In this document: positions 19,023 through 29,815 of the stretch, piece by piece | How positions within the stretch are numbered: the first letter of the stretch is position 1 | How the letters are laid out: every line of letters starts with the position of its first letter | Source of the DNA: Hyphomonadaceae bacterium | GTDB lineage: Bacteria > Pseudomonadota > Alphaproteobacteria > Caulobacterales > Hyphomonadaceae | Length of the DNA: 64,000 nucleotides | NCBI GenBank assembly: GCA_036733305.1 | Contig: DAINAT010000006.1 | Location: 412 to 64,411, forward strand | Direction: 5' to 3' | Made by a program: the position numbers and the translations under genes | Notes under the pieces: model-generated | Database searches by the model: none | The model's input: the letters and a program-made list of their open reading frames with translations, nothing else | What the model was told of the DNA's origin: nothing

Positions 19023-19991
19023 ATGCTTCGAGGCCTTTCCCTGCTTGCTGTGGTTCTCGCTGGTGCGCCTGCCTTGGGGCAGACCACTGTGACTGTCATG
19101 CATGACAATGACGAGTGGGCGGATACCGAGGAGGAGTACGCGCAGGGGACGCGGTTCAGCGTGGTGAGCGAGGGCTGGGGCAGGTCGGGGTTGACGCAGG
19201 GTGTTGCGGCGTGGTTGCCGGGAGGTGAGGCTGGCGATCGCGTGAGCGCGGGGTTCGGGCTGGGGCAGTCATTCTATGTTCCGCGCGACATTGATGCTTC
19301 GGCGCCGATAGCGGGGCAGCGGGGGTATGCGGGGTGGCTGCATGGGTCGGGTCTGCTCGTGCGGAGCAATGCGGCGCGGCAGGATGTCTGGAAGCTGGAC
19401 GTTGGCGTCGTGGGGAAGTCGGCGTTGTCGGAACCGCTGGAGGAATTCTTCCACGGCATTTTCAACGGGCGCGACATGAATGGGTGGGGCAATCAGATCA
19501 CGGATCGTGCTGCGGCGAATGTCACCGTGGAGCGGCGGTGGCGGAATATCATTCCGGTCGGCGACTTGGCGTTTGATGTGTCGCCTGCGGTGGGGCTTGA
19601 GGCGGGGACGGTGAGTGTGGCTGCGGATGCCGGGCTGACTGTGCGTGTTGGCGTTGGGCTCGATCAGGATTTTGGCGCGCCGCGGGTTGGGGCGCTGGGT
19701 GGATCGCTGGAGCGCGGGGGCGGGTGGTCGCTCTATGCGTTCGCATCGGCCAATGCGCGGTATCAGGCTTACGATCTGTTTCTCGATGAGCTGGGCGGCG
19801 CGGACGGCGATCCGGTGCGGGGTGGGAGTGCGATCGCGCGAGGCAAGACGCGGACGGAGACGAGCCTTGGGGTGGTTGCGGCCAATGGGCCGGTGCGGCT
19901 GACTTTCGCGTGGACGGAGGAGTCCAGGCGCTACGACCAGCAGGCGGGGCGGCATAAATATGGTGAAGTCACGTTAGGATGGGCGTTTTAG
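19023..19991 (+). CDS. outer-membrane lipid A deacylase LpxR-like (DUF2219) protein
   Basis: Signal peptide LLAVVLAGAPALGQ. N-terminal HDNDEWADTEEEYAQGTRFS resembles the DUF2219 signature. Ends in an aromatic residue (GWAF), as is typical of beta-barrel proteins. Confidence 0.55.
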   Translation: MLRGLSLLAVVLAGAPALGQTTVTVMHDNDEWADTEEEYAQGTRFSVVSEGWGRSGLTQGVAAWLPGGEAGDRVSAGFGLGQSFYVPRDIDASAPIAGQRGYAGWLHGSGLLVRSNAARQDVWKLDVGVVGKSALSEPLEEFFHGIFNGRDMNGWGNQITDRAAANVTVERRWRNIIPVGDLAFDVSPAVGLEAGTVSVAADAGLTVRVGVGLDQDFGAPRVGALGGSLERGGGWSLYAFASANARYQAYDLFLDELGGADGDPVRGGSAIARGKTRTETSLGVVAANGPVRLTFAWTEESRRYDQQAGRHKYGEVTLGWAF

Positions 19992-20104
19992 GGGGATGGG
20001 CCTTTTAGGCCGGTGACAGCGGGCCTACCTTTTGCCGCATCTTTCCTGTAGAAGCCGCCTCAACATCAATCTGCTTCGGGCCTTGAACCCGTGGGAGACG
20101 CGCA

Positions 20105-21370
20105 ATGACTACCCTGATCGGGCCCCGTGGCGGGCCTGCTGTTCCTGCATCCGTTGACGCTGACCTGTCGGTTGCGGACGGCCTTTGTGATTTCTCTAAG
20201 CTCGAAAAAGTCGACCTCTCGGGGGCCGATCTCGATCTGTTTCCGGGCGATCCGCGTCCGCGCAGCGAGATCCGTGTTGTGGCGGCGATGTCGGGCGGCG
20301 TGGATTCGTCCGTTGTTGCGGCGCTGCTGAAGTATGCGGGCTATGATGTCGTGGGCGTTACGCTGCAGCTTTACGATCATGGCGCCGCGCTGAAGAAATC
20401 CGGCGCGTGCTGCGCGGGGCAAGACATTCACGATGCGCGGCGCGTGGCCGAAGCGCTGGGTATTCCGCACTACGTGCTCGATTACGAAAGCCGCTTCCGT
20501 AGCCAAGTGATGGAAGATTTCGCCGACACCTATCTCAAAGGGTCGACGCCGATCCCGTGCGTGCGTTGCAACCAGACCGTGAAGTTCAAGGACCTGCTGG
20601 CGACGGCGAAGGATCTTGGCGCGGATGCGATGGCGACGGGGCACTATATCCGCCGGTCGCTGGATGCGGATGGCGTGGCGCAGCTTACGCGGGCGGCTGA
20701 TCCGGATCGTGACCAGTCCTACTTCCTGTTTGCGACGACGCGCGAACAGCTCGATTTCCTGCGCTTCCCGCTGGGCGGAATGAAGAAGCCGGATGTGCGG
20801 CGGGCTGCGGCGGCGCTTGGTCTGCAGGTGGCGGCGAAGCCGGACAGCCAGGACATCTGCTTTGTTCCGGCGGGCAAGTATTCGGACATCGTGCAGAAGC
20901 TGCGCCCCGGCGCGGTTGAAGGCGGCGAGATCGTGCACATGGATGGCCGCGTGATGGGTCGCCATGATGGCGTGATCCGCTACACGATCGGGCAACGACG
21001 CGGGCTTGGCATCGCGACGGGTGATCCGCTGTTTGTGACGAAGCTGGATGCGCCGAACAAGCGCGTGATCATTGGACCGCGCGAAGCTCTGCTGACGCGG
21101 GCGCTGGCGATTGGCGAAAGCAACTGGTTGGGCGAAGGTTCGCTGCTGGATGCGTGCGCGGCGGGTATGCCGGCGCTGGCGCGTGTGCGCTCGACGCGTG
21201 CGCCGGTGGCGGGGCGGATGACGCTGGTTGATGGCGTGCCAGGATTTGCGTTCGACGTCGCCGAAGAAGGTGTGGCGCCGGGGCAGGCGTGCGTGCTGTA
21301 CGCGGCGCCGGATGGCGCGAGCGTGCTGGGCGGCGGGTTCATTACGGCGACCGTCAGCGCGGCTGACTGA
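20105..21370 (+). CDS. mnmA: tRNA 2-thiouridine(34) synthase MnmA
   Basis: PP-loop [18 protein letters not shown]. Catalytic-Cys context CVRCN. Blocks DQSYFLF and ATGHY. The exact start is uncertain. Confidence 0.92.
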   Translation: MTTLIGPRGGPAVPASVDADLSVADGLCDFSKLEKVDLSGADLDLFPGDPRPRSEIRVVAAMSGGVDSSVVAALLKYAGYDVVGVTLQLYDHGAALKKSGACCAGQDIHDARRVAEALGIPHYVLDYESRFRSQVMEDFADTYLKGSTPIPCVRCNQTVKFKDLLATAKDLGADAMATGHYIRRSLDADGVAQLTRAADPDRDQSYFLFATTREQLDFLRFPLGGMKKPDVRRAAAALGLQVAAKPDSQDICFVPAGKYSDIVQKLRPGAVEGGEIVHMDGRVMGRHDGVIRYTIGQRRGLGIATGDPLFVTKLDAPNKRVIIGPREALLTRALAIGESNWLGEGSLLDACAAGMPALARVRSTRAPVAGRMTLVDGVPGFAFDVAEEGVAPGQACVLYAAPDGASVLGGGFITATVSAAD

Positions 21371-21484
21371 TCCCACAGTCAGTCGGCGTCGACTGTTGCC
21401 AGCCCGTGTCAGCAGGAAATGTGAGCGTGATTGCTAGCCGACCGGCGCGCGTGCACGTTTCGTCTGTTGAGCGGGAGATGTGCG

Positions 21485-21868
21485 ATGATTGACCATACCG
21501 GCGTTGAAGTGACGGACTATGCGAGATCGAAGGCGTTCTATGACGCGGCCTTCGGCGCGATGGGTGGCGGGCTGCTGTATCAAGTGCCGGAGGAGTTCAC
21601 GGGCGGGAAGAAGGTGGTCGGGTATGGCCGCGATCGTGCTGTGTTCTGGCTGAACGAGGGAAACAGTCCCGGGCCGGGGCGGCATGTTGCGTTCACGGCG
21701 CGGTCGCGCGCGGAGGTTTCGGCTTTCTACACGGCGGCGATGGGCGCGGGCGGCAAGGACAATGGTGGGCCGGGTCTGCGGCCACATTATCACGAGCACT
21801 ATTTCGGCGCGTTCGTGATCGATCCGGATGGCAACAATATTGAGGCGGTCTGCCACCTGCCGGAGTGA
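21485..21868 (+). CDS. VOC/glyoxalase-family protein
   Basis: MIDHTGVEVTDYARSKAFYDAAF...HVAFTA...AFVIDPDGNNIEAV. ATG at 21485 with GGGAG 7 nt upstream. Confidence 0.8.
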   Translation: MIDHTGVEVTDYARSKAFYDAAFGAMGGGLLYQVPEEFTGGKKVVGYGRDRAVFWLNEGNSPGPGRHVAFTARSRAEVSAFYTAAMGAGGKDNGGPGLRPHYHEHYFGAFVIDPDGNNIEAVCHLPE

Positions 21869-21956
21869 TGTCGGTCGTTTAGCCGAACTAAGCACATCGT
21901 ATGATTGCACGCAGGCGAAGCAACGCTAGCGTCGGTGTGCGAGCATTGGAGTTTTC

Positions 21957-22442
21957 ATGGCTGACGCAAAAGATGCGCGTGGCGCGTTCACGACAGAGGG
22001 CATGGCCGCCCTGTCGGGTCTGGAGATCATGCGGCTTGGCGTGAAGCCGGATCGTTCGGGCAGGCCGGGCATCGGCAACTCGTTGAATTTCTGGCTGGTA
22101 GAAGCCGATGACGGGCGCGTGGTATTCGAGGGCGAGCCGGGGATGGAGAGCCTCAACCCGATGGGGATCATCCATGGCGGCTGGTCGCTGACGATTATCG
22201 ATAGCGCTTGCGGGTGCGCGACGATGACGGCGCTGGAGCCGGGCGTCGGCTATACGACGCTGGAGACCAAGGTGAACATGACCCGGGCGATCCAGCCGAA
22301 CTCGGGCATTTACCGCTGCGAGGGGACGCTGCTCGCGCGCGGCCGGCAGATTATCACGTCAGAAGCGAAAGTGACGGGGCCGGATGGCAAGCTGTATGCC
22401 CATGGCACATCGACCTGCATGGTGCTGCGCCCGAAATCCTGA
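21957..22442 (+). CDS. PaaI-family hotdog-fold thioesterase
   Basis: NPMGIIHGGWSLTIIDSACGCA motif. 161 aa. Confidence 0.8.
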   Translation: MADAKDARGAFTTEGMAALSGLEIMRLGVKPDRSGRPGIGNSLNFWLVEADDGRVVFEGEPGMESLNPMGIIHGGWSLTIIDSACGCATMTALEPGVGYTTLETKVNMTRAIQPNSGIYRCEGTLLARGRQIITSEAKVTGPDGKLYAHGTSTCMVLRPKS

Positions 22443-22608
22443 CGCATCCCGCCACGTGCATAAAGTGCTTCCGGCGTAATGATTTGCCCCTCCGGGGGTG
22501 TGCCGCCCCAGCGGGCGGGGCGGCTGGCGGTCCCGTGGCCGGCCTGCTTGACGGAATGGGGGGCGAGGAAGATTGTGCCCCGCACAAATCAATAGAGAGG
22601 TTTTCCCC

Positions 22609-23790
22609 ATGAGCGCATCCGATCCGGTGGTCATCGTAGGCATGGCGCGCACGCCGATGGGCGCGATGCTGGGCGAACTGGCTGGCTTCTCGGCCAACGA
22701 GCTGGGCGCGCTCGCCATCAAGGGCGCGGTCGCCGAAGCCGGGATCAAGGGCGAAGACGTTGAGCTGGTCTATATGGGCAACTGCCTCCCGGCGGGACAG
22801 GGCCAGGCGCCGGCGCGTCAGGCGGGCATCAAGTCCGGCCTGCCGAAGGGTGCGGAAGCCACCACCGTCAACAAGATGTGCGGCTCGGGCATGCAGGCGG
22901 CCGTGATGGGCCGCGCGGCGATCCTCGCGGGCGACGCGACCGTGGTTGTCGCGGGCGGCATGGAGAGCATGACCAACGCTCCGCACCTCGTCGACCTGCG
23001 CAAGGGTCACAAATATGGCGCGGCGGCTCTGCGCGATCACATGGCGACGGACGGTCTCGAAGACGCCTATGGCGGCGGCGCGATGGGCAACTATGCCGAC
23101 ATGATTGCGAAAGAATACCAGTTCACGCGCGAACAGCAGGACGCCTATGCGCTCGAGACGCTGAGCCGCGCCCAGAACGCCACCAAGGAAGGCCGTTTCA
23201 AGCGCGAGATCACGCCGGTGACCGTGAAGGGCAAGAAGGGCGATGTGACCATCGACACAGACGAGCTGCCGCGTCAGGCCATGCCGGAAAAAATTCCGAC
23301 GCTGCGCCCCGCCTTCTCGAAGGATGGCACGGTTACGGCCGCCAACGCCTCGGGCATTTCCGATGGCGCCGCCGCGCTGGTGCTGATGAAAGAATCCGAA
23401 GCCAAGAAGCGCGGGCTCAAGCCGCTGGCGAAGATCGTCGCCACCGCCGCGCACAGCCATGAGCCGGCTTACTTCACCACGGCCCCCGTGCCCGCGATGA
23501 AGAAGGCGCTCGACAAGGCTGGCTGGAAAGCCTCCGACGTCGATCTGTGGGAGATCAACGAAGCCTTCGCTGTCGTTCCCATGATCGCGATGAAGGAACT
23601 CGGCATCGGCCACGACAAAGTCAACGTGAACGGTGGCGCCTGCGCGCTGGGTCACCCCATCGGCGCCTCGGGCGCGCGTGTCGTGGTGACGTTGATCAAT
23701 GCGCTGGAGCAGAAGGGCGGCAAGAAGGGCGTTGCCGCGCTGTGCATTGGTGGCGGTGAAGGCATCGCCATGGCGATCGAACGGATCTGA
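22609..23790 (+). CDS. acetyl-CoA C-acetyltransferase (thiolase II)
   Basis: [11 protein letters not shown], active-site [10 protein letters not shown], and C-terminal [20 protein letters not shown] and CIGGGEG. ATG at 22609 preceded by GAGAGG. Confidence 0.93.
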   Translation: MSASDPVVIVGMARTPMGAMLGELAGFSANELGALAIKGAVAEAGIKGEDVELVYMGNCLPAGQGQAPARQAGIKSGLPKGAEATTVNKMCGSGMQAAVMGRAAILAGDATVVVAGGMESMTNAPHLVDLRKGHKYGAAALRDHMATDGLEDAYGGGAMGNYADMIAKEYQFTREQQDAYALETLSRAQNATKEGRFKREITPVTVKGKKGDVTIDTDELPRQAMPEKIPTLRPAFSKDGTVTAANASGISDGAAALVLMKESEAKKRGLKPLAKIVATAAHSHEPAYFTTAPVPAMKKALDKAGWKASDVDLWEINEAFAVVPMIAMKELGIGHDKVNVNGGACALGHPIGASGARVVVTLINALEQKGGKKGVAALCIGGGEGIAMAIERI

Positions 23791-23795
23791 TAGAT

Positions 23796-24185
23796 ATGGC
23801 TGATGTTGTGAAAGTTCCCAGCGGCTCCAAGCTGGGCATCGGCTTCTCGCGCGCGATCCGCGTGGGCGATCTGGTGTTCGTGTCGGGCTGCGCGCCGATC
23901 GCCAAGGATGGCGGCGTTGCCTCTCCGGGCGATGTGAAGGCGCAGACCAAGCGTTGCTTCGAGATCATCGAAGGCGCGCTGGTTCAGGCCGGCGCCGATC
24001 TCAAGCATGTCGTTCGCACGCGTATCTTCCTGACGGACATGAGCCGCTGGAAGGAAGCAGGCGAGGCGCATGGCGAGGTGTTCAAGGACATCGAGCCGGT
24101 GACGTCCTTCCTCGGGACCAACGCCCTGATCAATTCAGAGTGGCTGGTCGAAGTCGAAGCCGACGCGGTTATCGCGCGGGGTTAA
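23796..24185 (+). CDS. RidA/YjgF-family protein
   Basis: 129 aa. Typical VFVSG...Q...IL...AGA...VVRTRIFL...F pattern. Confidence 0.8.
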   Translation: MADVVKVPSGSKLGIGFSRAIRVGDLVFVSGCAPIAKDGGVASPGDVKAQTKRCFEIIEGALVQAGADLKHVVRTRIFLTDMSRWKEAGEAHGEVFKDIEPVTSFLGTNALINSEWLVEVEADAVIARG

Positions 24186-24242
24186 GTCTTTCACTCAAGC
24201 AGACACATCGATAGTCTCCCGGTAAATAACCGGGAGGCCGTC

Positions 24243-25301
24243 ATGCTTAGCTTTGATGTGTGTGAGTGCGGTGCGCCGCTGCAGCGGATGGAGCGGGAGA
24301 CGCCGGAGCCGAAGGGCGCGGAAGTCGTGCTCAAGGTGCTGGCGGCGGGTGTCTGCCATTCCGACCTGCACATCTGGGACGGCTATTACGACATTGGCGG
24401 CGGGCAGAAGCTGCGGCTGCAGGATCGTGGCGTGAAGCTGCCGCTGACCATGGGCCACGAGAATGTCGGCGAGGTTGTCGCTGTCGGGCCCGATGTAAAA
24501 GGCGTGAAGGTTGGCGACGTTCGCTTGATCCATCCGTGGATGGGGTGTGGCGAGTGCATCGTCTGCAAGCGCGGCGAGGAAAACCTCTGCACCAAGCCGT
24601 GCAGCGTGGGCATCCATCGCGGGGGTGGTTTCGCCACGCACTTGCTGGTTCCGCATCCGCGCTATCTGTTCGACATTACGGGGATCGCGCCGGAGAAGGC
24701 GGCGCCGCTGGCGTGTTCGGGCGTGACGGCGTTCAGTGCGCTGAAGAAGGTTGCCGATACGCTGGGGCAGGCGCCGGTGGTGATGATCGGCGCGGGCGGG
24801 GTCGGCCTGATGGCGCTGGCGCTGCACAAGAAGATGGGCGGGCATTCCACCATCGTGGTGGACATCGATCCGGCCAAGCGCGAGGCGGCGAAGGCTGCGG
24901 GCGCGACGCAGGTGATCGACGGCGCAGCCAAGGATGCGGCGGACCAGATCCGCGCGGCGACGGGCGGCGGTGCGTGGGCGGTGATCGACTTTGTCGGCGC
25001 GGGCCCGACCGTGAAGCTGGGCGTCGATACGGCGATCAAGGGCGGCAAGGTGATCGTGGTCGGCCTGTTCGGCGGCGATGTGACCATCCCGACGCCGTTC
25101 TTCCCGATGAAGGCGCTGACCGTGCAGGGCAGCTATGTCGGCAGCCTGGTGGAGATCGCCGAGCTGCTGGATCTGGTGAAGCGCACGGGGGCGCCCGAAG
25201 TGCCGATCAAGACGCGGCCGCTGGAGCAGGTGAATGCCGCTCTCAATGACCTGCGCGACGGCAAGGTTATCGGCCGGGTGGTGATGACACCCGCCGAGTG
25301 A
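24243..25301 (+). CDS. zinc-dependent alcohol dehydrogenase family oxidoreductase
   Basis: GVCHSDLH catalytic Zn motif, structural-Zn Cys cluster CGECIVCKRGEENLC and GAGGVGL Rossmann motif. Confidence 0.9.
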   Translation: MLSFDVCECGAPLQRMERETPEPKGAEVVLKVLAAGVCHSDLHIWDGYYDIGGGQKLRLQDRGVKLPLTMGHENVGEVVAVGPDVKGVKVGDVRLIHPWMGCGECIVCKRGEENLCTKPCSVGIHRGGGFATHLLVPHPRYLFDITGIAPEKAAPLACSGVTAFSALKKVADTLGQAPVVMIGAGGVGLMALALHKKMGGHSTIVVDIDPAKREAAKAAGATQVIDGAAKDAADQIRAATGGGAWAVIDFVGAGPTVKLGVDTAIKGGKVIVVGLFGGDVTIPTPFFPMKALTVQGSYVGSLVEIAELLDLVKRTGAPEVPIKTRPLEQVNAALNDLRDGKVIGRVVMTPAE

Positions 25302-25607
25302 TCGGGGGCGGACGGAGCCGTCATTTCGATCGTGGCGGAGGGGGCGGTTCCGAGCTGGCGGGAGCGGGATATCGCCTCACTACGTGTTGAAGATTGTGAC
25401 ATGGAAAAGCGGCCGCCGAAACGAGGTGACGCTGGCGGAAATCGTCTCTCCCTGAGGTTCGATGACGTGGTGCTGATGATTGGATTCCGGCCGGAATCTG
25501 CATGGCGCTGAGCACCGCTTACTCACAGCGCCTCCACAGCTGCATTCGGTGTTCGCCGTGTGCGCGAGTCGACTCGTCATGGCGTGCGTGCTTCCTATGC
25601 TGTCGGC

Positions 25608-25805
25608 ATGCACGAAGTTGAAACCCGTGAGATGACCCTGAAGATGCTCCGCGAACGGCGTGAGCGGATCGCCACTGAATTGGCCTCGCTGGAGCCGGTG
25701 TCCCCGGCTCAAGGCGGACTGACGGCCCGCGAACTGGTGATCTGGCGCACCCGCCTGGCAGAGCTGGAAAGCCGCATCGCTCGTTACTCCGAGCCGCGCG
25801 CTTAA
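25608..25805 (+). CDS. small coiled-coil hypothetical protein (weak call)
   Basis: 65 codons from the ATG at 25608 with moderately G/C-rich third positions and heptad-like Leu/Arg/Glu content. No SD or family recognised. Confidence 0.3.
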   Translation: MHEVETREMTLKMLRERRERIATELASLEPVSPAQGGLTARELVIWRTRLAELESRIARYSEPRA

Positions 25806-25810
25806 GGGTT

Positions 25811-26806
25811 CTACTCGACTGTCTGCGTTACCGACGCCACTGTTTCCGCACGCGCCAATCTACGCAGAGCCTGGGGCGGCTGACCAAAGGCCCGTACGAA
25901 GGCGCGGCGCATACGTTCCGGATCTCCGAAGCCCACGTCCTGGGCGATAACATCAATAGAGTCAGTCGCATGCTCGACCCGCTCGCGGGCGCTTTCGAGG
26001 CGCAGGCGCTCGACAGCCTTGGCCGGGGTGATGCCGGTTTCGGCGGTGAAGGCGCGGGCGAAGTTACGGGGGCTCATGTTGGATTGGGCAGCGAGCGTCT
26101 CGACCGGGAGCGGGTCTTCCAGCCTTTCCCGCATCCAGGCGAGCAGGGGCGTGAAGCGGCCTTCGGTGCGTTCGATGTCCAGGAGAGCAGAGAATTGCGA
26201 CTGGCCGCCAGGGCGGCGGTGGTAAACCACGAGCTGCTGGGCTGAGCTTCGGGCGACTTCTTCGCCGAGGTCGTCGGCGATCAGGGCGAGGGCGAGGTCG
26301 ATGCCGGCGGTGATCCCCGCGGAGGTCCAGACCTTGCCGTCGCGGGTGTAGATGCAGTCGGGCTCCAGTTTGACGTTGGGGTATCGCTTCAGGAAGTCCG
26401 GCGTGCGGCCCCAATGGGTGGTGGCGCGGCGGTTATCGAGCGCGCCGGTCTGGGCGAGGATGTAGGCGCCGGAGCAGACCGAGCAGACCCTGCGGGACAC
26501 CTTCATGGCGGCGCGGACGAGGGCCTGGACCTTCGGGTCCAGCATGGCGGCGCGCGTGCCCAGGCCGCCGGCGACAATGAGCGTGTCGTATTTCGGCTGT
26601 TTCGGGATCGGCTCGGCCATCATGATCGCGCCGGAGGACGAGCGGACGGGGCCGGGTGTCGGGGCGATGACGGTGAGCGCGTAGGGCGGCGGGGTCATGC
26701 CTCTCATCGGCATTTCGAAGGCGCCGATCGGGCCGGCGGCGTCGAGCAGCTGGAAGTCTTCGAAGATCAGGACGCCGATGGAGCGTGGTTTGAGCGTTCG
26801 GGGCAA
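25811..26806 (-). CDS. GlxA-family transcriptional regulator (DJ-1/PfpI domain + AraC HTH)
   Basis: N-terminal DJ-1-like domain with CSVCSGAYILAQTG. C-terminal AraC-type HTH. Divergent from a DJ-1 gene. Confidence 0.88.
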   Translation of the reverse strand: MPRTLKPRSIGVLIFEDFQLLDAAGPIGAFEMPMRGMTPPPYALTVIAPTPGPVRSSSGAIMMAEPIPKQPKYDTLIVAGGLGTRAAMLDPKVQALVRAAMKVSRRVCSVCSGAYILAQTGALDNRRATTHWGRTPDFLKRYPNVKLEPDCIYTRDGKVWTSAGITAGIDLALALIADDLGEEVARSSAQQLVVYHRRPGGQSQFSALLDIERTEGRFTPLLAWMRERLEDPLPVETLAAQSNMSPRNFARAFTAETGITPAKAVERLRLESARERVEHATDSIDVIAQDVGFGDPERMRRAFVRAFGQPPQALRRLARAETVASVTQTVE

Positions 26807-26898
26807 ATTCCGGCCTCTGGCAGAAAGCGTGGGAAGGTTGTCATTTCAGCCAGACGCTAGTTCCGGCATGGTTGGGGCGTCAAGCGAGGTTCCTCCCC

Positions 26899-27606
26899 AT
26901 GTCCAATGCAGCCGAACAGAAATTCCGGATCGTGTTCGCGATCTATCCGGGCATGACGCATCTCGACTTTACGGGTCCGCACCAGTTCCTCAGCCGGCTT
27001 CCGAATTCGGAGACGATTGTTGCGAGCCCGGCAGGCGGCGATGTTCCGGCGGATGGACTCACGTTCGGCAAGACGGTGAAGATTGCGGACGTCGGGAGTT
27101 GTGACCTCATCTGTGTTCCCGGCGGGATCAACGCGACGCAGGTGGCGCAGGATCAGGCGTTTGTTGGCGAGGTCCGGCGGCTGGCGTTGGGCGCGAAGTA
27201 TGTGACGTCGGTGTGCACCGGCTCGTTGATCCTGGCTGCTGCTGGACTGCTGACAGGCAGGCGGGCGGCGTGCCACTGGGGTTATGCGGAGCTGCTGCCG
27301 GTGTTTGGCGCGATCCATGATCCGGCGCGGGTGGCTAGGGACGGCAACATCATCACTGGCGGCGGTGTGACGGCGGGGATCGACTTTGCGCTGACCGTGC
27401 TGGCCGAGATCGGCGGCGATGATCTGGCGCAGACGATCCAGCTGGGACTGGAGTACGCGCCTGCGCCGCCGTTCGACAGCGGACGGCCCGAGTTGGCGCC
27501 ACCGCATGTGCGCGAGCGCTATGAGGTGATGCGCCAGAAGCTGATGCCGGGACGACGCGCGGAAGCGGAGCAGGCGGCAGCTCTGATGAAAGCTACCCTG
27601 TCTTGA
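26899..27606 (+). CDS. DJ-1/PfpI-family protein (isonitrile-hydratase-like)
   Basis: FAIYPGMTHLDFTGP and nucleophile elbow SVCTGSLILAAAG. ATG at 26899 chosen over the track start at 26872. Confidence 0.85.
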   Translation: MSNAAEQKFRIVFAIYPGMTHLDFTGPHQFLSRLPNSETIVASPAGGDVPADGLTFGKTVKIADVGSCDLICVPGGINATQVAQDQAFVGEVRRLALGAKYVTSVCTGSLILAAAGLLTGRRAACHWGYAELLPVFGAIHDPARVARDGNIITGGGVTAGIDFALTVLAEIGGDDLAQTIQLGLEYAPAPPFDSGRPELAPPHVRERYEVMRQKLMPGRRAEAEQAAALMKATLS

Positions 27607-29298
27607 TTATTGGGCGCGCGTGATCCGGCCGCGGATCGTGTTCACGAGCGGGGAACGAGCGGTCACCCACGCTTCGAGCGCGGCGATATCCGTGGCGATG
27701 GTGACGCTGTCCTTGCCGTTCTTGAAGACAGTGAATCCGTCACCGCCACCGGCGAGGAAGTTGTTGGTCACGATGCGGTAGGTCTGAGTGGCGACCACGG
27801 GCTGGCCGTTCAGCTTCATGGAGGCGGGCACGATTTCGATCGGCTTTCCGGTCGGCTGGCGCCAGGTGAAGCTGAAACCGTCCGACACCTGCAGGATGTT
27901 GTTGCCGCCGGACTGATACTGCTGCTTCAGCAGCGCTTCGAGATCGGCGCCGGTCATCGTCAGTGTGACAAGGTCGTTGCCGAAGGGCTGGACGGCGAAG
28001 ATGTCGGCGAAGGTGATGTTGCCATCCCTGTAGGGGATGTCGGTGCGAATGCCGCCCGGGTTCATGAAGCCGATGTCGACCTTGCTGCCGTCCTTGCGGG
28101 CGGCTTCCAGCATGGAGTCGGCAATGATGTCGCCCAGCGCGCTTTCGCCGTGGTTGTTGCTTGAGCGCGTGATGGCGACGGTCGACTTGCCGACGACGCG
28201 TTTCATCAGCGGTTCTGCCTGTGTCTTGTAGGCGCTGATCAGAGCAAGTTGGGCGGGGTCCTCGACGTAGTCGCTTTCCGCGATGAGGACATCGCGCGCC
28301 TTCTTGCCGATGATGTCCTTCGTCTTCGGATCGAGCAGGATCGAGATGTCGGTGAGACGGGTGCCGTATGCGCCCGCGCTGGTGACCAGGCGGCCGTCGA
28401 GGGTGCAGATATAGATGCCGTTGGTATGGCCGGTGACGACGACGTCGACGGCCTTGTCGAACTTCGGAACGATCTCGGCGATGGTTCCCGAGAGGCCGTG
28501 GCAATCATCGAGTGCGCCGGTGGTGAAGCCGCCTTCGTGGATGAGCACGACGATGGCTTCGATGCCTTGCTCGCGAAGTTTCGGGACGAGGGCGTTCACC
28601 GTTTCGGCTTCGTCCTTGAAGCTGATGCCGACGCGCGCGGCGGGCGTGATGACATCCGGCGTGCCCTCGAGCGTGAGACCGATGAAGCCGACCTTGATGC
28701 CGCTGAACTCGCGGATGGCGTAGGGCGGGAAGAGCGTCTCGCCGCTATCGAGATAGGTTGAGGCAGCGAGGTACTGGAACTCGGCGCCTTTGAAGGGAGC
28801 GGGTCCTTTGCAGCCATCGACGGGGTGGCAGCCGCCATCCTGCATGCGGCGGAGTTCTTTCCAGCCTTCATCAAACTCGTGGTTTCCGACGGCGGTGAGG
28901 GCGAGCCCCATCTTGCTCATCGATTCGATGGTCGGCTCGTCATGAAACAGGCTCGACAGGAGCGGCGAGGCGCCGATGAGGTCGCCAGCGGCCACCATGA
29001 TCGTGTTTGCGGGATTGCGCGCGGCAAGCTGGGCGACAGCCGAAGCAAGACGTGGTGCGCCGCCGCCGGGGACGTTGCCCCATTCGCGCGGAGCCGCAGG
29101 ATTGAACACGCGCACACCGCCCGAGGGCGGTTCAAGGTTGCCGTGAAAGTCGTTGATGGCGAGGATATTGACCTCGATCGGTGCTCCGCTGACGGCGGCG
29201 GGGGCGGTTGTCGCAATCACGGCCGGGGCGGGAGCTGGCGACATTGTGCAGCTGGCCAGGGCCAGGAGGCCGAACACGGCTGCAATGTGATTGCGCAT
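27607..29298 (-). CDS. secreted bifunctional metallophosphatase/5'-nucleotidase (UshA-like)
   Basis: Signal peptide with LASC. Metallophosphatase motifs INDFHGNL, AAGDLIGAS, GNHEFD and GHTN. C-terminal 5'-nucleotidase domain. Confidence 0.9.
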   Translation of the reverse strand: MRNHIAAVFGLLALASCTMSPAPAPAVIATTAPAAVSGAPIEVNILAINDFHGNLEPPSGGVRVFNPAAPREWGNVPGGGAPRLASAVAQLAARNPANTIMVAAGDLIGASPLLSSLFHDEPTIESMSKMGLALTAVGNHEFDEGWKELRRMQDGGCHPVDGCKGPAPFKGAEFQYLAASTYLDSGETLFPPYAIREFSGIKVGFIGLTLEGTPDVITPAARVGISFKDEAETVNALVPKLREQGIEAIVVLIHEGGFTTGALDDCHGLSGTIAEIVPKFDKAVDVVVTGHTNGIYICTLDGRLVTSAGAYGTRLTDISILLDPKTKDIIGKKARDVLIAESDYVEDPAQLALISAYKTQAEPLMKRVVGKSTVAITRSSNNHGESALGDIIADSMLEAARKDGSKVDIGFMNPGGIRTDIPYRDGNITFADIFAVQPFGNDLVTLTMTGADLEALLKQQYQSGGNNILQVSDGFSFTWRQPTGKPIEIVPASMKLNGQPVVATQTYRIVTNNFLAGGGDGFTVFKNGKDSVTIATDIAALEAWVTARSPLVNTIRGRITRAQ

Positions 29299-29815
29299 CA
29301 GACCCCTCGCATCTCATCGTGGGTTAGGCGGGATGCGTGGGGTGGGCAAGTCCACGCCCCAAGACAAAAGGATGACGCAACCTGCATGCGCGCTATCCCG
29401 CCGTCATGAGGAAAGCCGCGCTGTAGCAAAGGGCGGAGGCTGAGTTGACGGCTTTTGGGCTGGCGATGCCGGAAACTGCCGCCGGGCTGGGCTGGGAGGA
29501 ACAACCCGATGAACTGACAATGATCGTGAAATTGCCAATATCTGCCGGGATGGTTCGGGATCTTTACGTCGCTCGCGAAAGCGGGGCTGGTTCAAGCAAC
29601 ACAATTGGGTGATTGCCCATTTCAATACAGAGGACGACTTCCTTGCTGAACGGCCCACGCTGACGGGCTGGTTGACGCAAAGCTATTGCGCCGTAGCTCC
29701 CAAAAGCTCGGCAAGCTTGTGCGTGGCGAGGGATCAGGACAGCATTTCAAGGCTTGCGCGCTTGGCCCCTGACGGGGTGGAGTGCAGGTTACGGGCAGAG
29801 TTCCCCGGAGGATTG

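Noticed and set aside
25380-25712. 110-aa minus-strand ORF in the 25302-25810 gap
   Set aside because: The sequence is His/Ser/Cys-rich and not protein-like. It has no SD and overlaps the slightly more plausible plus-strand coiled-coil ORF. The region may be largely non-coding.
29609-29815. Upstream starts given by the ORF track for the M16 peptidase (also 45073 for the second M16, 35832 for the sortase target, 56972 for sua5, 59530 for YceI, 58500 for the b561 fusion and 53023 for map)
   Set aside because: In each case an internal ATG with a good SD is followed at once by a signal peptide or by the conserved N-terminus of the family. The upstream extensions are Arg/Pro-rich and overlap repeats or neighbouring genes.
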